Shown here in pieces: positions 44,688 through 55,087 of a stretch of DNA of 64,000 nt. The position numbers and the translations under genes are program-made. Under the pieces are notes generated by a model. That model saw only the letters and a list, made by a program, of their open reading frames with translations. It searched no databases and was not told the DNA's origin. Origin of the DNA: Rhodoluna sp. (GTDB lineage Bacteria; Actinomycetota; Actinomycetes; Actinomycetales; Microbacteriaceae); contig JBIIXN010000002.1 of the NCBI GenBank assembly GCA_044347325.1, positions 22,518 through 86,517 of the forward strand, in the 5' to 3' direction. Every line of letters begins with the position of its first letter. The first letter of the stretch is position 1.

Positions 44688-45311
44688 ATGAGCAAATACG
44701 TATTGCCAGACCTGAGTTACGACTACGGAGCTCTAGAGCCGAACATCTCTGGAAAGATCATGGAATTGCACCACGATAAGCACCACTTGGCTTACGTAAA
44801 CGGTGCGAACTCAGCACTTGACGCTCTAGCTGAGGCTAGAGAGAAGAATGACCTAACCATGGTGAACAAGTTCCAGAAGGACCTTGCTTTCAACCTTGCA
44901 GGTCACGTCAACCACACAGTTTTCTGGAAGAACATGTCTCCAGAAGGTGGCGACAAGCCAACCGGTGAACTAGCAGCTGCTATCGACGAGTACTTTGGCT
45001 CATTTGATGCCTTCAAGGCCCACTTCAGTGCTAGCGCACTGGGGATCCAGGGCTCTGGCTGGTCTATTTTGGTTTGGGACATACTGGGACAGAAGCTGAT
45101 CATTGAGCAGCTCTACGACCACCAGGGCAACCTTTCAGTGGGCTCAATCCCACTATTAATGCTGGACATGTGGGAGCACGCCTTCTACCTGGACTACCAG
45201 AACGTTAAGCCTGAGTACGTGAAGGCCTTCTGGAACATCGTTAACTGGGCAGATGTCCAGGACCGTTTCCTAGAGGCTAGCAAGAACACTTCTACTCTTC
45301 TGCTACCCTAA
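44688..45311 (+). CDS. sodA: Fe/Mn-family superoxide dismutase
   Basis: [23 protein letters not shown] metal ligands; AAGGAG SD. Confidence 0.96.
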   Translation: MSKYVLPDLSYDYGALEPNISGKIMELHHDKHHLAYVNGANSALDALAEAREKNDLTMVNKFQKDLAFNLAGHVNHTVFWKNMSPEGGDKPTGELAAAIDEYFGSFDAFKAHFSASALGIQGSGWSILVWDILGQKLIIEQLYDHQGNLSVGSIPLLMLDMWEHAFYLDYQNVKPEYVKAFWNIVNWADVQDRFLEASKNTSTLLLP

Positions 45312-45393
45312 GAGGTAGGTATCCCACCCGACGTTGAGTGGTTACAAGCCAATACACCCCTCAAAATGCACTTCTTTGTGGTGCCAGAAATAA

Positions 45394-46413
<1,020 letters not shown>

Positions 46414-46421
46414 TCCAAGAG

Positions 46422-47624
46422 ATGCGCACTCTAGCTAACCTTCCAGATTTAAAGTCAAAGCGGGTAATCATTCGCTGTGATCTAAACGTTCCACTTGATG
46501 GATCTAGAATCACTGACGATGGCAGAATAATTGCTTCACTACCAACTTTGAACTACTTGCTTGAGCGAGGCGCTAAGGTAGTTGTTATCAGCCACCTGGG
46601 TCGTCCAGAAGGTGCTCCGGACAGCAAATATTCTCTTGAGCCTGTAGCCAAACGTCTAGGCGAATTACTTTCAACATCTGTTTCATTCAGTTCAACAACT
46701 GTTGGGCCTGAGGCATCAGAAGCGGTAGCAGAACTGGAAGATGGTCAAGTTCTGGTTCTAGAGAACCTACGATTCAATCCAGGGGAGACAGCAAAGGACG
46801 AAGCCGCAAGGAATACTTTTGCTTCTGAACTCGCTAGCTTCGGCGACTTCTTTGTGAGCGATGGATTCGGTGTTGTTCACCGCAAGCAAGCATCTGTTTA
46901 TGAGCTGCCTGGTCTCTTGCCTAGTGCTGCAGGACTTCTAATTGAAAAAGAACTAGAAGTTCTAACCAGACTGACCCAGAACCCAGATAGACCATACGCA
47001 GTTGCCCTTGGTGGATCTAAAGTGTCAGACAAGCTTGGCGTTATTGATCACCTACTTCCACACGTTAACCAGTTGCTTATTGGTGGAGGAATGGTCTTCA
47101 CATTCCTGGCTGCCCTTGGTCACAAAGTTGGTTCAAGTCTTTTGGAAATTGATCAGATTGACACAGTCAAGGGCTACCTAAAGAGAGCGAAAGAACTTGG
47201 TGTCGAAGTTGTTTTACCGACAGACATAGTTGTTGCAAGCAAGTTCGGGGCTGATGCTGAAGTAGCAATAACTAGAGCATCTGAGATTGAAGAGACACCT
47301 TTCGGTGAAAAAGGTTTAGGTCTAGACATCGGTCCTGAGAGTGCACTTGCTTTCGCTGATGTGATTCGTAGTGCGAAGACTGTGTTCTGGAATGGACCGA
47401 TGGGTGTGTTTGAAATTGAAGCATTCGCTAATGGAACCAAGCAGGTTGCTCAAGCTCTAAGTGAAGTTGTTGGGCTCTCTGTTGTTGGTGGTGGGGATTC
47501 TGCGGCTGCGGTTCGTATTCTTGGCTTCGAAGATTCTGCTTTCTCCCACATCTCAACAGGTGGAGGGGCTAGTTTAGAATTCTTAGAGGGTAAGCAAATG
47601 CCAGGATTAGAGGTTTTAAAGTGA
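46422..47624 (+). CDS. pgk: Phosphoglycerate kinase
   Basis: RCDLNVP, SHLGRP, LENLRF, GGSKVSDK, WNGPMGVFE, HISTGGGASLEFLEG. Confidence 0.99.
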   Translation: MRTLANLPDLKSKRVIIRCDLNVPLDGSRITDDGRIIASLPTLNYLLERGAKVVVISHLGRPEGAPDSKYSLEPVAKRLGELLSTSVSFSSTTVGPEASEAVAELEDGQVLVLENLRFNPGETAKDEAARNTFASELASFGDFFVSDGFGVVHRKQASVYELPGLLPSAAGLLIEKELEVLTRLTQNPDRPYAVALGGSKVSDKLGVIDHLLPHVNQLLIGGGMVFTFLAALGHKVGSSLLEIDQIDTVKGYLKRAKELGVEVVLPTDIVVASKFGADAEVAITRASEIEETPFGEKGLGLDIGPESALAFADVIRSAKTVFWNGPMGVFEIEAFANGTKQVAQALSEVVGLSVVGGGDSAAAVRILGFEDSAFSHISTGGGASLEFLEGKQMPGLEVLK

Positions 47625-48409
47625 GTGTAGAAAGAGTTCCTTTCATCGCAGGTAACTGGAAGATGAACCTAGATCACCAGCAGGCTATTGCCCTTGTTCA
47701 GAAGTTATCTTGGACACTGGCTGATGCAAATCATGACTACACCAAGACTGAAGTTGCTGTATTCCCACCTTTTACAGACCTTCGAAGCATCCAAACCCTG
47801 ATCAGTGCTGAAAAGTACTCCCTTTCACTAGGTGCCCAAGATCTAAGCCAACACGATTCCGGCGCATACACAGGAGACATCTCTGGAGCATTCCTAAAAA
47901 AGCTTGACGTTCAGTATGTTCTCATTGGTCACAGTGAGAGAAGAAGCTACCACAGCGAAGACGATTCAAAGGTTCAGGCAAAAGTCGGTGCTGCTTTCAA
48001 GCACGGGCTAATACCGGTAATCTGCGTGGGCGAGACTCTAGAAGAACTTGAAGCCGAAGGCCAAAGTGCTGTCCCAGTTCGTCAGATTCTGGCAGCACTT
48101 GCAGGTCACGCCAAGGTAGGCGAGTTCATTGTGGCCTACGAGCCAGTTTGGGCTATTGGAACCGGACAGGTCGCTACCCCAGAGCAGGCTGCTAGCGTGG
48201 CAGCCAAGATCCGTGAGGCTATTGAAGGTCTTCTCGGCCCTGAAGTGGCCCAAAGCACCAGAATTCTCTACGGAGGCTCAGTAAAGGCCGCAAACGTCGC
48301 TGGATTCCTTAGAAGCCCTGAAGTTGACGGGGTTTTGGTGGGTGGAGCTAGCCTAGACGTGGACGAGTTCTCAGGCATATCTCGCTTCCTAAAGCACCTA
48401 ACCTTATAA
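47621..48409 (+). CDS. tpiA: Triosephosphate isomerase
   Basis: AGNWKMN, IGHSERR, AYEPVWAIGTG, LYGGSV, LVGGASL; GTGA overlap with pgk. Confidence 0.99.
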   Translation: MSVERVPFIAGNWKMNLDHQQAIALVQKLSWTLADANHDYTKTEVAVFPPFTDLRSIQTLISAEKYSLSLGAQDLSQHDSGAYTGDISGAFLKKLDVQYVLIGHSERRSYHSEDDSKVQAKVGAAFKHGLIPVICVGETLEELEAEGQSAVPVRQILAALAGHAKVGEFIVAYEPVWAIGTGQVATPEQAASVAAKIREAIEGLLGPEVAQSTRILYGGSVKAANVAGFLRSPEVDGVLVGGASLDVDEFSGISRFLKHLTL

Positions 48410-48410
48410 T
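48405..48410 (+). promoter_or_regulatory. Consensus -10 (TATAAT) for secG-rbpA overlapping the tpiA stop codon
   Basis: TATAAT 48405-48410 contains TAA 48407-48409. Confidence 0.55.
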
Positions 48411-48455
48411 TTACAAGGGAGATAACCTCTCTCCAAGAAACGAAAGAACAGATAA

Positions 48456-48704
48456 ATGAACGGTATTATCATCGCCCTAAACATCTTGTTAGGCGTTACC
48501 AGCTTGCTACTCACCTTGCTAATCCTTCTTCACAAGGGACGCGGTGGAGGTCTAAGCGACATGTTCGGTGGTGGAATCAACAACACCATGGGTTCATCAG
48601 GTGTTGCTGAACGTAACTTGAACCGAATCACTATCATTCTTGGTCTTGTCTGGGTTATTACAGTAATCATCCTTGGACTTGCATCGACTTACTCTTGGGT
48701 CTAA
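48456..48704 (+). CDS. secG: Preprotein translocase subunit SecG
   Basis: Two TM helices flanking LLHKGRGGGLSDMFGGG; AERNLNRIT. Confidence 0.96.
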   Translation: MNGIIIALNILLGVTSLLLTLLILLHKGRGGGLSDMFGGGINNTMGSSGVAERNLNRITIILGLVWVITVIILGLASTYSWV

Positions 48705-48707
48705 TTT

Positions 48708-49124
48708 ATGAGCGGAAATACAGCAGCAATTAGAGGCTCTCGAGTCGGAGCCGGCCCAATGGGCGAGCAGGACAACGGTTTCCAAGCCGAACGAATCCAG
48801 ATCAGTTTTTACTGCTGCAATAACCACAGCTTCACATCATCTTTCGCATCCGCAGTAGATAAAGCAGAGCTTCCAGTTGAACTGGACTGCCCACACTGTG
48901 GTCTTCCTGCTGGACAGGACAAAGACAACCCACCTCAAATTGCCAAGCACGAGCCATACAAAACTCACCTTGCTTACGTTAAGGAAAGAAGAACAGCTCA
49001 AGAAGCGAAAGAACTTCTTGACGAGGCTGTTGCCTTAGTGAGAGAGCGTCGTATTCGACTTCTTGCAGAGGCAAAGGCTGAAGCTAAGGCACAAGCCAAG
49101 AGGGACGCTAAAGCTAAGAAGTAA
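48708..49124 (+). CDS. rbpA: RNA polymerase-binding protein RbpA
   Basis: AIRGSRVGAGP, CPHCGLPA, EPYKTHLAYVKERR, LLDEA sigma-interaction helix; follows secG. Confidence 0.93.
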   Translation: MSGNTAAIRGSRVGAGPMGEQDNGFQAERIQISFYCCNNHSFTSSFASAVDKAELPVELDCPHCGLPAGQDKDNPPQIAKHEPYKTHLAYVKERRTAQEAKELLDEAVALVRERRIRLLAEAKAEAKAQAKRDAKAKK

Positions 49125-49128
49125 TTAG

Positions 49129-49860
49129 CTAACAGCTCCAAAACGCAGCACCGGCTGCTTCATCTATAATCCAGAGTGTTTGACCCTTCGCGGCAACTTT
49201 AGCTGCTGGCAGATCACAATCAGGATTCTTGTGGACAGATTCGATGGCTTCTGCCTTATCAATACCCGACACAACAAAAATAATCTTTTCTGATCTGTTG
49301 ATTAGTTCCATGCTCATGCTTAGTCTTTGTGCGGGAGGCTTTGGAGAATCAGGCACGGCGATGATGTATTCACTGCGATCAGTAAAGCCTGGGAAAAGTG
49401 AAGCAACATGCCCATCAGTGCCCATACCTAGAATCGTGAGATCCATCGCTGCAGTGTTGTAAGCGAATGCCATGTCCATGTGCTCAGCGAACTGCGCCTG
49501 GGCCACGTTGAGTTCTAAACCATTATCTGAAGATGGGAACTCATGAATGTTCTCTCTTGGAACGTCAATCGAGTTTAGAAGGGCATTGCGGGCCTGAAGA
49601 GCATTTCTATCTGCTGAATCTCTTGCAACGAATCTCTCATCGCCCCACCAGAAATGAACTTTGGAAACATCTGTCTTTCTCTCAGCAATAGCCTTGGCAA
49701 GAACTTCAAGGGTCAGGATGCCTACTGTGCCGCCGGTTAGTGCAAGGTGTACAGCACCTTTTTCTGCTAGGACTTGAGTAATGGTGTCAAGAATCTCATT
49801 AGTAGCTTGGGTTGCAACATCAACAGCGTTGAGAGCTTTTCTGATTTCGACAGACTGCAT
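49129..49860 (-). CDS. pgl: 6-phosphogluconolactonase
   Basis: LALTGG, WWGDERFV, LGMGTDGHVASLFP, DSPKPP.QRLS. Confidence 0.96.
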   Translation of the reverse strand: MQSVEIRKALNAVDVATQATNEILDTITQVLAEKGAVHLALTGGTVGILTLEVLAKAIAERKTDVSKVHFWWGDERFVARDSADRNALQARNALLNSIDVPRENIHEFPSSDNGLELNVAQAQFAEHMDMAFAYNTAAMDLTILGMGTDGHVASLFPGFTDRSEYIIAVPDSPKPPAQRLSMSMELINRSEKIIFVVSGIDKAEAIESVHKNPDCDLPAAKVAAKGQTLWIIDEAAGAAFWSC

Positions 49861-49883
49861 GTGGGTGCTTTCCTTAGTTAGGA

Positions 49884-50813
49884 CTACTTCTTGGACTTGA
49901 AGCCTGAGAGAATCAAGTTTCCGAAAGCATCATCACTGTCAAGACGGCGAAGGTCTTCAATCAAGCAATCACGCAGTGATCTCCTAGGCAGGTTTATATC
50001 TCTTGTTGGTTGCGACGGCTGAAGCAATGTTGCTACGTCAGGAACGTTTCGAACGATTTCAATTTCACCAGATTCGCGCTCAAGTTTGACTCCCTTGATT
50101 CCAGTCACCGCTTGGCCACGTACAGTTCGAACCAGTTCCACTTCAACTTCCAGTTTCTGTTCGAGCCAGGAGGCAAGAAGATCAGTACTAGGGGAGTCAT
50201 CCGCTCCTGTTACAACTACGCGAGTAATTGGGTCATAGGGGGGCTGGTCCATGATTGCAGCTAGTTGTGCTCGCCAAAGAGTAAGTCTTGTCCATGCGAA
50301 GTCGCTATCACCTGGCTCATAGTTGTTTGCAAGTGACACTAACCATGCGTGTGGATCTGGCTGGCTAGCTGCATCTGTGATTCGTCTCTGAGCAATTCTT
50401 CCTATGGCTGAGGCAGATGGCTTTATTGGTGCTTCACCTGGCCACCATGCAACCACTGGTGCATCTGGTAGAAGTAAACCTGTGACAAGGCTCTCTGGGT
50501 CGCTAGCAGCTTCACCGTATGCTCTAAGAACGATAACCTCGGAAGCTCCTGCGTCTCCACCGACTCTGATTTCCGCATCAAGTCTTGGTTCAGCATCGCT
50601 ACTGGTGTCCTCATCAGCTAAAACAATGATTCGACATGGGTGAGCCCTTGATGCTTCGTTGGCTGCAAGAATTGCTTCCTCAATCCCTGAGAATTTGGTT
50701 TGAACTAGCAGAGTCAAGACTCTTCCTAGTGCTACCGCGCCACCTTCTTCACGAATTGTGACGAGTTCTCTGGAGATAAGTGAAGTGGTTGTGTTCGTAA
50801 GATTCTTAATCAC
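49884..50813 (-). CDS. opcA: Glucose-6-phosphate dehydrogenase assembly protein OpcA
   Basis: GAVALGRVLTL, HPCRII, LDAEIRVGGDAGASE, LLPDAPVVAWWP, DFAWTRLTLWR; GTG 50813 in GTGA overlap with zwf stop. Confidence 0.95.
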   Translation of the reverse strand: MIKNLTNTTTSLISRELVTIREEGGAVALGRVLTLLVQTKFSGIEEAILAANEASRAHPCRIIVLADEDTSSDAEPRLDAEIRVGGDAGASEVIVLRAYGEAASDPESLVTGLLLPDAPVVAWWPGEAPIKPSASAIGRIAQRRITDAASQPDPHAWLVSLANNYEPGDSDFAWTRLTLWRAQLAAIMDQPPYDPITRVVVTGADDSPSTDLLASWLEQKLEVEVELVRTVRGQAVTGIKGVKLERESGEIEIVRNVPDVATLLQPSQPTRDINLPRRSLRDCLIEDLRRLDSDDAFGNLILSGFKSKK

Positions 50814-52351
50814 GGGCGTCTCCAAGCTCTGCCGTCTTCAGCCATCATTCTGTCCGCGGAGTCGGGACCCCAGGTGCCTGGCCTATAAGGCTCAGGCTTT
50901 CCATTCTTGGCCCAATACTCTTCGATTGGGTCAAGAATCATCCAAGAGAGCTCAACTTCTTCATGGCGAGGGAATAGCGGTGGATCACCAAGCAACACGT
51001 CAAGAATCAGGCGTTCGTAAGCTTCTGGGCTTGCCTCAGTGAAGGCGTGGCCGTAACCAAAGTCCATGGTCACATCTCTAACTTGCATTCCAACTCCTGG
51101 CACCTTTGAGCCGAACCTAATTGTCACACCTTCGTCAGGCTGAACTCGGATAACTAAAGCATTCTGACCAAGAGCTGAGGTTTGGCTTGCACCAAAAATT
51201 TGTTGAGGAGCGCGCTTGAAAACAATGGCGATCTCTGTAACTCTGCGACCTAAACGTTTACCGGCACGAAGGTAGAAAGGAACACCTGCCCAACGTCGAG
51301 TGTTAATGTCTAATCTCATAGCTGCGAAGGTTTCAGTTACTGACTCTGGGTTCATGCCCTCTTCATCCAAGAATCCAGTAACTTTCTCGCCACCTTGCCA
51401 GCCTCCAACGTACTGACCACGGGCAGTGTGCTTGCCTAAATCATCAGGAAGACGGACAGCCGAGAGAACCTTTTCTTTTTCCGCTCTTAGATCCGCAGCG
51501 TCAAAAGATACTGGTTCTTCCATAGCGGTCAGAGCTAACAGCTGAAGTAAGTGGTTCTGGATAACGTCTCTTGCCGCACCAATACCGTCGTAGTAACCAG
51601 CGCGACCGCCAACACCAATGTCTTCTGCCATAGTGATCTGGACGTGATCGATGTAGTTGTTGTTCCAAAGTGGTTCATACAACTGGTTTGCAAATCTAAG
51701 TGCCAAGATGTTCTGCACTGTTTCTTTACCTAGGTAGTGGTCAATCCTAAAGATGGAGTCAGCAGGGAAGACTGATTCAACGACCTCATTTAGTTCACGA
51801 GCAGACTGCAGGTCGTGACCGAAAGGCTTCTCAATCACTACTCTTCTGAACTGGTCTGGCTTTGGATCAGCCAATCCAGATCTTGAGAGCTGCTGAGTCA
51901 CTAGTGGGAATGCCTTAGGCGGGATGCTCAGGTAGAAAGCATGGTTTCCATTGGTGCCTCGTTCTGCATCCAAAGCCTCAATTGTTTCGCGGAGTTTGTC
52001 GAAAGCAGCATCGTCGCCGAATTCACCAGAAACAAAGCGAATACCTCTAGATAGTTGAACCCAGATATCTTCACTCCAAGGTGTGCGGGCATACTGCTTC
52101 ACTGCCTCTTTGACTACTTGACCGAAGTCCTGGTCTTCCCAATCTCTTCTGGCAAATCCTACAAGTGAGAAGCCTGGTGGCAGCAGTCCACGGTTTGCTA
52201 GGTCATAAACAGCAGGCATTAGCTTCTTGCGAGAAAGATCTCCTGTGACACCAAAGATGATTAGTCCTGAGGGGCCTGCAATACGGTTGAGTCTTCGGTC
52301 TAGTGGGTCTCTCAGGGGGTTTATTCCTGGACCTAACTTCACTTCACTCAT
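50810..52351 (-). CDS. zwf: Glucose-6-phosphate 1-dehydrogenase
   Basis: FGVTGDL, IEKPFG, RIDHYLGKE, RDVIQNHLLQ. Confidence 0.99.
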   Translation of the reverse strand: MSEVKLGPGINPLRDPLDRRLNRIAGPSGLIIFGVTGDLSRKKLMPAVYDLANRGLLPPGFSLVGFARRDWEDQDFGQVVKEAVKQYARTPWSEDIWVQLSRGIRFVSGEFGDDAAFDKLRETIEALDAERGTNGNHAFYLSIPPKAFPLVTQQLSRSGLADPKPDQFRRVVIEKPFGHDLQSARELNEVVESVFPADSIFRIDHYLGKETVQNILALRFANQLYEPLWNNNYIDHVQITMAEDIGVGGRAGYYDGIGAARDVIQNHLLQLLALTAMEEPVSFDAADLRAEKEKVLSAVRLPDDLGKHTARGQYVGGWQGGEKVTGFLDEEGMNPESVTETFAAMRLDINTRRWAGVPFYLRAGKRLGRRVTEIAIVFKRAPQQIFGASQTSALGQNALVIRVQPDEGVTIRFGSKVPGVGMQVRDVTMDFGYGHAFTEASPEAYERLILDVLLGDPPLFPRHEEVELSWMILDPIEEYWAKNGKPEPYRPGTWGPDSADRMMAEDGRAWRRP

Positions 52352-52365
52352 TGAGTTATTTCTCC

Positions 52366-53961
52366 TTAGCCAATTGCTCGCAAAATAGTGTTGAAATCTT
52401 CAACCGGATCACTCAATGTCAACGTAAGAACAGGTCTGCCAAGGTCAGCAAGAACTTTCGCATCCCCAGCAGCTTGAGAAGCCATGAGTTCACCAAAGGT
52501 GAAATCTCTTCCAGGAACCTGAACATCATCTTTGCTTTTTGCAACTAGCTGAAGGAATACTCCTTGGCGTGGTCCGCCCTTGTGGTACTGACCCGTTGAG
52601 TGTAAGAAGCGTGGAGCCCAACCAAAAGTAGTTGGTCTATCGGCAACTGAAGAAAGTGCATCGCGAAGAGCTTCAGCGCTTACTGGAGCTGTTCTATCCA
52701 TGTATGCGTGAACCGAAATGTATCCATCTGAGGCTAGTTCTGAGAGTAATTTCACTAGAGCGGTTGGAAAACCTGTAACGCCATCAAGATTTACTCCTAA
52801 TGCGCTAACTCCAATTGAATCGAAAGTGTGCTGGCTTGAAGTGGCAGCAGATCTCTGTTCAAGCATTCCACGAGCGGCTATCTTGGCTGATTCAACATCT
52901 GGCTGGTCAAACGGATTGATTCCTATCAGACGACTTGCGACTGCTGTTGCAAATTCCCAGAGCAAGAACTGTTCACCAAGGGGAGCAACGATACTTACTC
53001 CATCTTCCATGACTGAGTGCTCGGTTGCCGAGATTTTGATCAGCAACATGTCATTGAGGTCAGCAAACGTTTCGTAACTAGAGCTTTGCAGAACTACAGG
53101 CAGAACACCCTTAGAGTGCTTTCCTGTTGATTCTGCTACTAGCTGCTCAATCCAATCTCCAAAACCAGGAAGGCTCTGATCAGCCAGTAGACCAATCTTG
53201 TCCTTGAGAGAAACTCCGTTGGCAGATTTTGCCATAGCCGCACCAAGAACCAAACCTGGGTTAGTTGAATTATCAGCACTTAAAGTTTCAACTGCCTGAA
53301 CGCCTTGTTCCAACAACTCTTGAATGTCAACACCTGCAAGACCGGTTGGCACCAAACCAAAAGCTGTTAGGGCAGAGTAACGTCCTCCGACTGTTGGGTC
53401 TGCGTTGAATACCTTGTAACCATCTGCCTTAGCAGCTTCTTCCATAGGAGAACCTGGGTCGGTGACAACAACAATTCGCCCTGTCTTATCGATACCTGCA
53501 TCAGTAAATGCTTTCTCGAAGATTCTCTTTTGTGAGTCTGTTTCTACAGTTGAACCAGATTTAGAAGAAACGATGATTGCAGTCCGTTCAATGCTTTCAG
53601 CGACAACAGAACGTACCTGATCTGGGGAAGTGGAGTCTAGAACAACTAATTCAACACCGTACTTCTTTGTAATAACTTCAGGAGCAAGAGAAGAACCACC
53701 CATTCCACAAAGCACGAATCTGTCAATGCCACGAGCTTTGAATGAATCTCGCATTTCCAAAATTTCAGCAACTAAGCCCTGTGAATCTTTAGCAGAAGTC
53801 ACCCAACCTAATCTGATTGAAGATTCGGCTTCTGCTTGTTTACCCCAAAGAGTGAAGTCCTTGGTTGCAATCCGACTTGCTACCTTGTCGGCAACCAATG
53901 TTTCAATTGTTTGCTCAACTGCAGCACTTGCTGAGCCGAAGGCTCTAACGCTAATGGTCAT
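52366..53961 (-). CDS. pgi: Glucose-6-phosphate isomerase
   Basis: GMGGSSLAPE, SSKSGSTVET, VTDPGS, VGGRYSAL, QLVAESTGK, NPFDQPDVESAK, HSTGQYHKGG. Confidence 0.95.
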   Translation of the reverse strand: MTISVRAFGSASAAVEQTIETLVADKVASRIATKDFTLWGKQAEAESSIRLGWVTSAKDSQGLVAEILEMRDSFKARGIDRFVLCGMGGSSLAPEVITKKYGVELVVLDSTSPDQVRSVVAESIERTAIIVSSKSGSTVETDSQKRIFEKAFTDAGIDKTGRIVVVTDPGSPMEEAAKADGYKVFNADPTVGGRYSALTAFGLVPTGLAGVDIQELLEQGVQAVETLSADNSTNPGLVLGAAMAKSANGVSLKDKIGLLADQSLPGFGDWIEQLVAESTGKHSKGVLPVVLQSSSYETFADLNDMLLIKISATEHSVMEDGVSIVAPLGEQFLLWEFATAVASRLIGINPFDQPDVESAKIAARGMLEQRSAATSSQHTFDSIGVSALGVNLDGVTGFPTALVKLLSELASDGYISVHAYMDRTAPVSAEALRDALSSVADRPTTFGWAPRFLHSTGQYHKGGPRQGVFLQLVAKSKDDVQVPGRDFTFGELMASQAAGDAKVLADLGRPVLTLTLSDPVEDFNTILRAIG

Positions 53962-55067
53962 TACTTTGATGCCTTAAGAGCTGCGTCTACTGACTGAACT
54001 AGTTCGTTCCAAGAAATGATGAACTTGTCGACACCCTCTTTTTCTAGAAGTTCAGTTACTTCGTCATAGGAGATTCCCATAGCTCCGATGGTGTGTAGAA
54101 CAAGCTTCGCTTCTTCATACTTACCGTTAATGCTGTTCGCCGGAACTACTCCGTGATCGAATACTGCTTCCATAGTCTTTTCTGGCATAGTATTTACAAG
54201 TTCTGGAGCAATCAATTCGGTTACGTAAAGAGTGTCACTCAGGGCTGGGTTTTTGACACCGGTCGAAGCCATCAGTGGACGCTGCTTGTTTGCTCCAGCT
54301 GAAGCAAGAGCACTCCAATCATCCTTAGCAAACTCGATTTCAAATACTTCATAGGCAAGTCTTGCGTTAGCAAGTGCAGCTTTGCTCTTCATCTGAAGCG
54401 CATCCCCTGTGCCAACGGCAACTAAGCGCTTATCAATCTCTGTGTCAACGCGAGAGACAAAAAATGATGCGACTGAATGAATCTTTGAAAGATCTTTACC
54501 CGCCGCGTGAGCAAGAGCAATACCGGCCTTGTAAGCCTCAATAACTTCACGGTAACGCTGAAGAGAGAAAATCAAGGTCACGTTAACGCTGATTCCGTTG
54601 GAGATAACTTCAGTTATTGCTGCAAGTCCTGCTTTGGTAGCAGGAATCTTGATCATGACATTCTCACGGTTTACCTTGGCAAAAAGTTCCTTTGCCTGAG
54701 CAACAGTTCCTGCTGTGTCGTTAGCTAAACCAGGCTCGACTTCAATTGAGACACGGCCATCGAACCCGTTTGACTTTGCATAAACATTAGCGAACACGTC
54801 ACATGCGTCAGCTACATCCTTGGTAGTGATTTCAAAGATTGCTTCAGAAGCGCTTGCTCCTGCTAGAGCTAACTCAGTCACCTGAGACTCGTAGCCTTCA
54901 CCTTTTCCAATTGACTGAGCAAAGATAGTCGGGTTAGTAGTAACACCAACCACGTTGCGAGAGTGAATCAGTTCGGCCAAATCACCGCTTGTGATTCTGG
55001 TTCTTGAAAGATCGTCAAGCCAGATGCTGACTCCGTTTGCTGCTACCTGAGCTAGGGGACTAGTCAT
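53961..55067 (-). CDS. tal: Transaldolase
   Basis: [48 protein letters not shown]. Confidence 0.98.
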   Translation of the reverse strand: MTSPLAQVAANGVSIWLDDLSRTRITSGDLAELIHSRNVVGVTTNPTIFAQSIGKGEGYESQVTELALAGASASEAIFEITTKDVADACDVFANVYAKSNGFDGRVSIEVEPGLANDTAGTVAQAKELFAKVNRENVMIKIPATKAGLAAITEVISNGISVNVTLIFSLQRYREVIEAYKAGIALAHAAGKDLSKIHSVASFFVSRVDTEIDKRLVAVGTGDALQMKSKAALANARLAYEVFEIEFAKDDWSALASAGANKQRPLMASTGVKNPALSDTLYVTELIAPELVNTMPEKTMEAVFDHGVVPANSINGKYEEAKLVLHTIGAMGISYDEVTELLEKEGVDKFIISWNELVQSVDAALKASK

Positions 55068-55087
55068 AGTTATTCTCCTGTTGGTTT

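Noticed and set aside
52366-55067. Frameshifted bifunctional Tal-Pgi fusion
   Set aside because: Both ORFs are full length with a standard TAATG coupling, and I saw no slippery sequence
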